Virus record (IMG/VR): IMGVR_UViG_3300020213_000017
Source of the DNA: an uncultured virus (IMG/VR IMGVR_UViG_3300020213_000017)
Lineage: Duplodnaviria; Heunggongvirae; Uroviricota; Caudoviricetes
Strand: one strand, 5' to 3'
Length of the DNA: 64,000 nt
Below, piece by piece: positions 57,098-64,000 of the stretch. Position 1 is the first letter of the stretch; each line of letters starts with the position of its first letter. A program made the position numbers and the translations under genes. The notes below the pieces were generated by a model that worked only from the letters and a program-made list of their open reading frames with translations, did no database searches and had not been told where the DNA came from.

Positions 57098-58037
57098 TTG
57101 GAACGACGAAGAGAACGAAGAGTTCCGAGACATTCCAGACGAAGTAAGCCTAGATCATCCGGTACAGGGCCAGGGCGCTGCACCCATGTATATGCCTAAA
57201 ACAAGCATGACTCGCGAACAGCTCATTGTACAGGCACAGCAGGGTCGGCAAGTAGAAGAAGCAGTAGAAGAAGTGGCTGAAGAATACGAAGAATACGGAG
57301 AAGACGAAGAAGAAGATTACTCAGAAGTGTTGTCAGATGCCAGACTTCGTCTAGAACAGGGTCGTCTATACGAGCTTGTTATGAACAGCGATCTCTTTGG
57401 CGAAACCGACGCAGATGAACGTGCCGTAAAAAGCGTGCAACGCGAGATCAAGAAATTTGCCAAAGAGCGAATGGAGATCATGCTTGGTATGCGACAAGAG
57501 AAGGCTATGCAAGCCTATGCCGATCATAATTCTGCTATGGCCGCTCAGTTTAATCAGCTTGAAGTTATGCTTTTGAGACAACTAGCGTCTAAGATGTCGG
57601 GCGGAAAAACAGAAGAAGAACAGCCTGAGCAATATGTGGCCCCAGTTCAAGCTCCTGCTAAACGCACTGGTATCAAACCGATGACTTCTAGCAGACCAAC
57701 GCAAAAATCTCAGCCATTGGCAAAAGGCCCTAGCGCTCCACTTAAAAGAAAAGTAGCAGCTAAACGAAGTCCAGAAGAGCTTCTTGGGTTACCCCCAGAG
57801 TCAGAAAAACCTATCGGCAAGCCTGTTGAAAAAATGACAGAAGAAGAGAAAGCCGCTCGAATGCAACGTATGCACGAACGTCAGAGCGCGTTGAAGGCCA
57901 GGCCTCCTGCTAACGCTATTCCAATGCCCACCTCGCATCAAGAAGAAATGTTGGCCAACATACGAGCAACAGAAGCAGACAAAACAGGTACAGTATCAGC
58001 AATCATGGCGTTAATGAACGCTCAAAAACTAAGTTAA
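57081..58037 (+). CDS. Hypothetical protein (acidic, low complexity)
   Basis: 318 aa with AGGAG RBS. Confidence 0.7.
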   Translation: MSNKFNWNDEENEEFRDIPDEVSLDHPVQGQGAAPMYMPKTSMTREQLIVQAQQGRQVEEAVEEVAEEYEEYGEDEEEDYSEVLSDARLRLEQGRLYELVMNSDLFGETDADERAVKSVQREIKKFAKERMEIMLGMRQEKAMQAYADHNSAMAAQFNQLEVMLLRQLASKMSGGKTEEEQPEQYVAPVQAPAKRTGIKPMTSSRPTQKSQPLAKGPSAPLKRKVAAKRSPEELLGLPPESEKPIGKPVEKMTEEEKAARMQRMHERQSALKARPPANAIPMPTSHQEEMLANIRATEADKTGTVSAIMALMNAQKLS

Positions 58038-58065
58038 GTGATATAACAATTCTAAGGAGAACAAA

Positions 58066-58635
58066 ATGACCCCGAACAAACAACAAGACCCCGCTGTAAG
58101 CAAGAAAACTGCAGCTCAACGTATCGAATCTCTTGAAAACGCTTTCATGAGCCTCTATCATACTGCCGATAACATTGCACGCGATGTTTTGACTATCAAA
58201 GAAGCTGTTAAGCTACTTGGTAACAAACTTGATGCTGTGGCTAAATTGGGTGGCATGAAAGATGATGATATTGCAAAGGTAATGATCGAAAACAACATTG
58301 AAGATCTCAAAGACAAAATTGACAATCTAGTTAAAAACGGTGTTTTGACTGCTGAAGAAGTTGTTCAAGAAAACTCTTTCGTTGTTGGTCGAGAAATTGA
58401 CCAAGACGGTACGGTGGTAAATCCCCGCCTACAGTTTACGCTCAAGGCAATGCCTTTGACTACACAAGAGAAAATCAAATCATCTAAGCCAGGTGATATT
58501 GTTATCGTAGAAGAAGGAAAGCTTCGTTTTGAAATTCTAGAAACTTACAAAATCAACGCTCCAGAACCAGCAGCCCAAGAAGCAGAAGCGCCGTCTGAAC
58601 CTAAAGCTGAAGAAGCTGCTCAGAGCAACGCGTAA
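58066..58635 (+). CDS. Hypothetical protein
   Basis: AAGGAG RBS, TGATATAAC promoter-like motif upstream. Confidence 0.75.
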   Translation: MTPNKQQDPAVSKKTAAQRIESLENAFMSLYHTADNIARDVLTIKEAVKLLGNKLDAVAKLGGMKDDDIAKVMIENNIEDLKDKIDNLVKNGVLTAEEVVQENSFVVGREIDQDGTVVNPRLQFTLKAMPLTTQEKIKSSKPGDIVIVEEGKLRFEILETYKINAPEPAAQEAEAPSEPKAEEAAQSNA

Positions 58636-58645
58636 ATAAACACGT

Positions 58646-58682
58646 TAGATTCCGCTGAATATACTGTGTTTAGCGGAATCTA
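58646..58682. other. Long intergenic hairpin
   Basis: TAGATTCCGCTGAATA...TGTTTAGCGGAATCTA, about 16-bp stem with G-U pairs. Confidence 0.7.
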
Positions 58683-58721
58683 CAGTCCTGTCCGAATCTT
58701 TAATGACAACGCGTTGGAGGC

Positions 58722-59939
58722 ATGATGGTTATAGTAGAAAAGTTTACAGACGCTGAGATTGTATATCTCGTTACGCAAAAAGAAAACCCAAGCCTGACCT
58801 GGGCGGATATTACAGAAAAGTTTAACAAAAAGTTCAGAAAAGACAAGAGCTTAGAGGCCGTTAAATCTGGCTATCAGCGTAGTCGAGATCGTGTGGAAAA
58901 CGATGGCGAATATGTTAAGATTTTCCGTGATGTAGCCAGAACACGCAAGTCTAACTCTTTAAACTCCAAGGATCTCCAGAAGATTCTGGTAGAGTGGGAA
59001 AACCGCGAAGGCATCCTGGACGCCGTGAAGGCCGCTTCCAAAGAAGTAGCTAAGATCACCGCTAAGCCTCTCAAATTGCCTCACCCTGGCAGGAACAGGA
59101 AGAGCATGACTCTTGAGCTCCTTATATCCGACGTTCACGTTGGCAAGCTCACCAAGACGTTTAATCATGAAGTCCTGAAACGCCGCCTGAAGCAGGTTGC
59201 CGACACAACCATCAAAGAGATGCAAAGGGCAGCAGAACACTACAAGATCGATAGGGTAATTTTGGCTTTTATCGGAGACTTGATCGAATCCGCTACAATG
59301 CACGGTGTAGAAAGTGCTCAAGGTTGTGAATTCGGAAATTCCAAACAAATTCAGGAAGCTATCACTCAAATGTTCCACCTTTTATACGCTCCAATTGTTT
59401 TGGCAGCGAAACAATTAGGTGCTACTGTAGACGCAGTAGGAGTTGCCGGTAATCACGATAGAACCCAAGAACACCGTACCTTTGTCAATGTAGGCGAAGA
59501 AAACGTAACCTGGATCATCTATAAGACCCTAGAAGAGTTTGGAAAACTAGCAAAACTTAATAACGTTAAATGGCACATTCCAGTTGAACCTTATCAGTAT
59601 CTAGAGATCTACGGTGAAGGCGTGGTTTATGAGCATTACGATAACGTAAAAGGTTCCAATAAGGCTCAGGGTATCGAATCTTTGATGTCCAAGCGTATCA
59701 ACCAGCTCAAGAAGCCTGTTACCTTTATCCGTGGCGGTCATTTCCATGAGCCGATGGAAACTGGGATTGGCAAGATTGTAATCAACGGCAATGTACCAGG
59801 AAATGACGGGTTTAGCACAGTTCTTGGATTTGACTGTGAGCCATCTCAGACCCTTAACTTTTACATTGAACGTACCAAGTCTGATTCTATTAAGCGTAAG
59901 ACCTCCTTTTACAAGCGATTTCTGATTCAGTTAGACTGA
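58722..59939 (+). CDS. HTH plus calcineurin-like metallophosphoesterase/nuclease
   Basis: N-terminal W.DI...FN HTH-like region; SDVHVG, GDLIE, GNHDR, GGHFH. Confidence 0.8.
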   Translation: MMVIVEKFTDAEIVYLVTQKENPSLTWADITEKFNKKFRKDKSLEAVKSGYQRSRDRVENDGEYVKIFRDVARTRKSNSLNSKDLQKILVEWENREGILDAVKAASKEVAKITAKPLKLPHPGRNRKSMTLELLISDVHVGKLTKTFNHEVLKRRLKQVADTTIKEMQRAAEHYKIDRVILAFIGDLIESATMHGVESAQGCEFGNSKQIQEAITQMFHLLYAPIVLAAKQLGATVDAVGVAGNHDRTQEHRTFVNVGEENVTWIIYKTLEEFGKLAKLNNVKWHIPVEPYQYLEIYGEGVVYEHYDNVKGSNKAQGIESLMSKRINQLKKPVTFIRGGHFHEPMETGIGKIVINGNVPGNDGFSTVLGFDCEPSQTLNFYIERTKSDSIKRKTSFYKRFLIQLD

Positions 59940-59940
59940 T

Positions 59941-60330
59941 ATGGCTGGTCGCACAGAAGAAGTGGAAAAATCGGAACGAGTGATAAAGGATCTTGAGATT
60001 CGCGAGCGCACTTATCTGATTCAGCTAGAGGCTTTGGATAAAGAGCTCGCTGCTTTAGAATTCAACGAATACGTTCTTCAAGACAACATAGACACTTTAA
60101 AGCAGGACAAAATTATTACCCTGGTTAAAGAATACGTAAAAACTAAGCAAGATCTCGCAAAGGTTTCAGTAAAACGCTTGCAGGTTAGCAACGAACGCGT
60201 TAAGATTGGCCATGAATTCAAGAAGGCGACAGATCTGCTCAAAAAGGCCCAGGACAACCACAAAGAACTCATGCACAGATTGGACAACAACATTTTGTAC
60301 ATTAATTTTGGAAAGCAAGAAAATGGATAA
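59941..60330 (+). CDS. Coiled-coil protein
   Basis: 129 aa heptad-rich. Confidence 0.65.
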   Translation: MAGRTEEVEKSERVIKDLEIRERTYLIQLEALDKELAALEFNEYVLQDNIDTLKQDKIITLVKEYVKTKQDLAKVSVKRLQVSNERVKIGHEFKKATDLLKKAQDNHKELMHRLDNNILYINFGKQENG

Positions 60331-60535
60331 AATTGAAATTGTAAAAAAGATTGTCGAAGAAGAGGACTATATCCGTTGCCCTAAGATGAGCAATTCCCTT
60401 TCTAAATTTATGTCTAAAAATCCAGATGGTGTAGAGAACACCGTTATCGCCAGAGTGTTGCTCATGACTGAAGAAGAAATCGAAGCAATATACCAAGAAT
60501 CAATCGCACAATTACGCTTGAAAATGTCTGAATAG
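60323..60535 (+). CDS. Small HTH-like protein (start likely MDKIE)
   Basis: IARVLLMTEEEIEAIYQ..I..LR resembles sigma region-4/HTH. Confidence 0.5.
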   Translation: MDKIEIVKKIVEEEDYIRCPKMSNSLSKFMSKNPDGVENTVIARVLLMTEEEIEAIYQESIAQLRLKMSE

Positions 60536-60552
60536 TGATATACACTCTATAG

Positions 60553-61206
60553 ATGCATATAGAAGTATTTACTGACGGGTCTGCTACTACGGCAGACAAA
60601 CCTGGCGGATATGGGTTTGTGCTGATCGTAGATGGTGTAAAACACTCCGAAGGTAATGGCTATATGCCAAACGCCACCAACAATGATGCGGAGATGGAAG
60701 CTGTTATTCAAGGGCTTAAGGCCGCTATTGACAGGATTATCCTCAGAGTCGGCCCAGTCTTGGGCCTGCTTGAAGTTGCAGGAATAGTACCCCCTGTAGT
60801 AACTGTTAAATCAGACTCACAACTTGTGCTTGGCTGGACTTCTGGCAAATTTTCCTTCAAACAACAAGAAAAAATCGAAAAATACAAAGAACTGCGGGCA
60901 CTTGTAGATTTTACTAATTGTAAAACCGAATGGGTGCGTGGTCACAATGGCAATGAACACAATGAGCGCTGCGATAAGTTAGCAAATTTAGGCCGTTTGC
61001 AGCAACAGGAGAAGCTGGACCGTGCAGATGCTATAGAGCGCGGTGACACCCTGGTAGGAACCAAGAAAACAGGTATACTTTGTGTTTGGTACAAAGGTGT
61101 GCTGAAAATTATAGATCTTGACAAAAACGTGGTGGAAGACCATAATAGAGATTCTCATGGCGCTCGCGGAGCAGTCTTGGAGATCAAAGAGGATAAACAC
61201 CGATGA
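60553..61206 (+). CDS. rnhA: Ribonuclease HI
   Basis: FTDGS, TNN.AEM.A, SDSQ, WVRGH...NE.CD.LA. Confidence 0.92.
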   Translation: MHIEVFTDGSATTADKPGGYGFVLIVDGVKHSEGNGYMPNATNNDAEMEAVIQGLKAAIDRIILRVGPVLGLLEVAGIVPPVVTVKSDSQLVLGWTSGKFSFKQQEKIEKYKELRALVDFTNCKTEWVRGHNGNEHNERCDKLANLGRLQQQEKLDRADAIERGDTLVGTKKTGILCVWYKGVLKIIDLDKNVVEDHNRDSHGARGAVLEIKEDKHR

Positions 61207-61685
61207 GTCAAAAACACAAAAAAGACGCTGAGAGTATTATAAACAATGCTATAGAAGTTTTCTATCCAGATCTTAAGGTGCGTCCAAATACTGGCAATTA
61301 TATTCTAAACCAGCTTATGAAAGCTGGCTATACCAATGATAAGACCATTGTAGATGTAAGTGAAATCCAAGACAAGCTTAAGCAAGCTGTTTTCAAGTGC
61401 AGAACCGACACCAATGAGCCCTCTTCTTTGGTGCCTGATGATATTTCCTTATTGTTTAAAGACCCTGCTTTTACAAAAATTCTTGAGGAATCAAAGGGCG
61501 AAAATCAACAACTAAGGGACATTTTAAACCAACGACCTTTGGTTCACCTGGTATTACCAGGGCTTGACGCACCGTCTCCCTGTGGAAACAGTGACTACAA
61601 TGCTCCTGTAACTGAACACGATTTTGAAGTAACATGTCTTGGGTGTAAGACCTGGTTGAAAACGCCAGCAAATCCCAAGGGATAG
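61203..61685 (+). CDS. Hypothetical protein with C-terminal Zn motif
   Basis: H...CG...VTCLGC. Confidence 0.6.
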   Translation: MSQKHKKDAESIINNAIEVFYPDLKVRPNTGNYILNQLMKAGYTNDKTIVDVSEIQDKLKQAVFKCRTDTNEPSSLVPDDISLLFKDPAFTKILEESKGENQQLRDILNQRPLVHLVLPGLDAPSPCGNSDYNAPVTEHDFEVTCLGCKTWLKTPANPKG

Positions 61686-61716
61686 TTTTATATCGGGTGA
61701 CGGAAAAGAGGATAAA

Positions 61717-62349
61717 ATGAATTATTTGATACCACTAGACTCAGAAACAGGCGGCTTAGACGAAAAGAAGGCCGACATGCTCACATTCTATATGTGCGTT
61801 GTAGATGAGGACATGAAGATCGTAGATGAGCTTAACTTGGCTCTCAAGCCAAATGACGGGCGCATCCCTGTTGCTGAAGCGGGTGCCCTGAGGGTGAATG
61901 GTATTAACTTACAGGACCATCTTGCACGTCCAGACCTTGTTACGTATGCAGAGGCTAAGGTGTTGATCTTACATTTGCTCAAAAAATACCTCAAGAAGAA
62001 CGGTCGCTGGTCCAATCTCAAGGTTTTGGGTCAAAACTATCAATTTGACCTTAATTTTATTTGGGAATATTTGATACCAAAAGACGAGTGGTCCGCCCTG
62101 GTACATCATAAAGGCAAAGACACAATGCACTGGGCAGAGCTCTTCATCTCTTCAGGATGGTGGCCTTCAACGGCAGCTTCCCTTGGCCCTATCGTGGACT
62201 ATCTTGGACTGCCTAAGCGCGAAGCTCACAATGCTAAAGAAGATACCCTAATGTGTTTGGACGTATATAAGGCCGTGCTTGACCTAATGAAATCTAAGAA
62301 ACAAAACTCTAGTGGGCAAGATATTATTGCTCTTTTAGAGGCTGAATGA
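61717..62349 (+). CDS. DEDDh 3'-5' exonuclease (DnaQ/epsilon-like)
   Basis: LDSETGGL, GQN..FD, DT, HNA.ED. Confidence 0.88.
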   Translation: MNYLIPLDSETGGLDEKKADMLTFYMCVVDEDMKIVDELNLALKPNDGRIPVAEAGALRVNGINLQDHLARPDLVTYAEAKVLILHLLKKYLKKNGRWSNLKVLGQNYQFDLNFIWEYLIPKDEWSALVHHKGKDTMHWAELFISSGWWPSTAASLGPIVDYLGLPKREAHNAKEDTLMCLDVYKAVLDLMKSKKQNSSGQDIIALLEAE

Positions 62350-62531
62350 GCTTGGAAAGCGGCAGTCTATTGACTGTAGAAGATTTAGGTGTTACGATGA
62401 AGGTTGTTACGTTTAATGACACTGTGGCTCATGCTATCCATAAGTATAAAGGTAGGTCTTCTAAACGAAAATTTTCTAATATTATGAAAATGCGTTGGAA
62501 AAAGCATTATGAAATCTGGAAAATAAAATGA
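62346..62531 (+). CDS. Hypothetical protein
   Basis: ATGA-coupled 61-aa ORF. Confidence 0.5.
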   Translation: MSLESGSLLTVEDLGVTMKVVTFNDTVAHAIHKYKGRSSKRKFSNIMKMRWKKHYEIWKIK

Positions 62532-62725
62532 AATACTTGCTCACAATCCTGCTTTTTACATCATGCTCACCTGTTGAGATTGTCAAGCCAGTTCCTTTGA
62601 CCCCAGAGATAAACAAGGAAGAGCGTTGTAGGCGTCAAGCTATCATGGTATGCTATGAGGACAGCGATACTGGGCAAGATGTGTGTCAAAGATATGCCCG
62701 CAAAGACTGTATGGATAAAAAATGA
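62528..62725 (+). CDS. Small putative lipoprotein
   Basis: MKYLLTILLFTSC lipobox-like leader. Confidence 0.55.
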   Translation: MKYLLTILLFTSCSPVEIVKPVPLTPEINKEERCRRQAIMVCYEDSDTGQDVCQRYARKDCMDKK

Positions 62726-62856
62726 ACACCGCGATGCTCGTGGACATTCTATTGTTGGCTGGAGTATATGCTGGGGTACAGCACTATACAGGTCACCACT
62801 GTATAGCGGTATCGGCAATCTGCGCTTTACTGTTCATTTCCAGCAGGATGTTATGA
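62722..62856 (+). CDS. Small membrane protein (44 aa, not in ORF track)
   Basis: MNTAMLVDILLLAGVYAG...AICALLFISSRML*; ATGA overlaps at both ends. Confidence 0.5.
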   Translation: MNTAMLVDILLLAGVYAGVQHYTGHHCIAVSAICALLFISSRML

Positions 62857-63110
62857 ACACATGTCCTTTCTGCAAGAAAGAGCTGATTAAATCTGGCGAC
62901 TTAAGCGAGGATGGTAGTGAGAAATGTCCTGATAACCATTACTTCTACAGCCACAGCTATGGGTGTCACGAATTGATTTTAGATTTAAGTGGCGACAGAA
63001 GCAGTGTTCTAACCTTTGGTTGGCACTATTCTGAGCCAGAATATGAAGGAAAAGCGCGTGAAGCTGTGATAAAAGCCTTCATAGACTACGCTGGAGAATT
63101 GAAGAAATGA
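62853..63110 (+). CDS. Small Zn-ribbon protein (start likely MNTCPFC)
   Basis: CPFC...CPDNH. Confidence 0.55.
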   Translation: MNTCPFCKKELIKSGDLSEDGSEKCPDNHYFYSHSYGCHELILDLSGDRSSVLTFGWHYSEPEYEGKAREAVIKAFIDYAGELKK

Positions 63111-63210
63111 AAAGCCGTCCTAGACGTAATAGAACCTTGGGGTTCTTAAAAACAGATATCACTAAAGAACTGGTTCACAATCTTGTTGAGTATGTTGAGA
63201 GGTATTTTTA

Positions 63211-64000
63211 ATGCGAGCCTCCCCACATTGCCATGCAGAATCCCCCCTTACCGGATCTACAGTAAAAGCACTTGTCGATAAGGCCAAAGAACTTGGCAGA
63301 GATTACTTTGCCTATACTGACCATGGTCACTTGTCATCTTCCCTGAAAGCAATGGGTTTTTGTAAGCCTGACAAGTCAAAATCAGCAACGGAATCTCAAA
63401 AACGCAATATCCAGTTTATTCCTGGTATCGAAGTCTATTTCAAAGATTCTAAATGTCCTATCGTAACCGGCTCAGATGCTGATCGGTGTAAGTATTTCAC
63501 AATCTCGCTATATTGCCATGACCAAACTGCATATCAGGAGTTATCTAAACATGTATCAAAAGAACATTTCCCGACCACGCAAATCCGCGAAGAAAAACAA
63601 CAACTCTGGGCCTGGGCGGATCTTGCGCACATGGCTCAATTCAATACTTCTGTCGTCCTTGGTGGCCCGCATTGCATCGTTGGGAAGGTTCTTCTAGCGG
63701 GAAAGCCTGCTCAGGGTGAGCAGGTATTTTTAAAGATTAAGGAAATATTTGGCAATCGCGTCTGGAGTGCCCTTGTTGTAGAGCCAATGTCAAAGAAGTG
63801 GCAGAACGTAGTTGAAGTTAAGTTTGATGACGGAACATCTACGTCTATGCTTGCGGCTGATATGGTTACGACCAATAAGGCCAGGATGATGAAAGCTAAG
63901 GATCTAGAAAGATCTGGACATTTTGTTTTGATCAACAGCTATTCCAACAAAATGCTTAACGAGGTCAACAAGAAGATCTCTTCCGTAAAGATTCACAAGG
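63211..64000 (+). CDS. dnaE: DNA polymerase III alpha-like protein (DnaE PHP domain), 5' part; runs off the window; missing from ORF track
   Basis: ATG at 63211, open to the end: MRASPHCHAE..TG, AYTDHG, FIPGIEVY PHP motifs; next to a DnaQ-like exonuclease. Confidence 0.8.
   Translation, partial: MRASPHCHAESPLTGSTVKALVDKAKELGRDYFAYTDHGHLSSSLKAMGFCKPDKSKSATESQKRNIQFIPGIEVYFKDSKCPIVTGSDADRCKYFTISLYCHDQTAYQELSKHVSKEHFPTTQIREEKQQLWAWADLAHMAQFNTSVVLGGPHCIVGKVLLAGKPAQGEQVFLKIKEIFGNRVWSALVVEPMSKKWQNVVEVKFDDGTSTSMLAADMVTTNKARMMKAKDLERSGHFVLINSYSNKMLNEVNKKISSVKIHK

Noticed and set aside
1..64000. Stop-codon reassignment (alternative genetic code)
   Set aside because: Conserved genes are full length in the standard code and end in TAA, TAG and TGA; coding density is high

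Overview
This is a 64-kb stretch of a large tailed dsDNA bacteriophage with a contractile tail (myovirus). It uses the standard genetic code and shows no tRNA, rRNA or CRISPR array that I can see; the host cannot be identified from this window. The first ~48 kb is mostly a minus-strand morphogenesis region: tail tube and sheath, neck and head-completion genes, major capsid, scaffold, prohead protease, MuF-like protein, portal, terminase and a GroEL-like chaperonin. Lysis genes, dTMP kinase, DNA ligase, a 2OG-Fe(II) oxygenase and free-standing endonucleases are interspersed. The last ~16.5 kb is a plus-strand replication/transcription module: SF2 helicase, sigma factor, GroES-like protein, SbcD/SbcC, a signal-peptide-bearing ClpP-like protease, RuvC-like resolvase, RNase H, DEDDh exonuclease and the 5' end of a DnaE-type polymerase. 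Most notable: (1) a head/neck gene cluster encoding a minimal mCpol/GGDEF-like nucleotide cyclase domain, a 2H (Acb1-like) phosphoesterase fused to a transglycosylase, and a possible ART-like domain, which together could be a virion-delivered second-messenger manipulation system; (2) an unannotated -1 ribosomal frameshift signal (A_AAA_AAG plus a pseudoknot) that extends the mCpol protein; (3) a terminase fractured by a naturally split intein, with a homing-endonuclease remnant between the halves; (4) IS200/IS605-like end scars, many apparently leaderless promoters, a YAATCTT late-promoter-like motif, and a pentapeptide-repeat gene with DGR-like variation. All family assignments come from motif recognition by eye, not from database searches.
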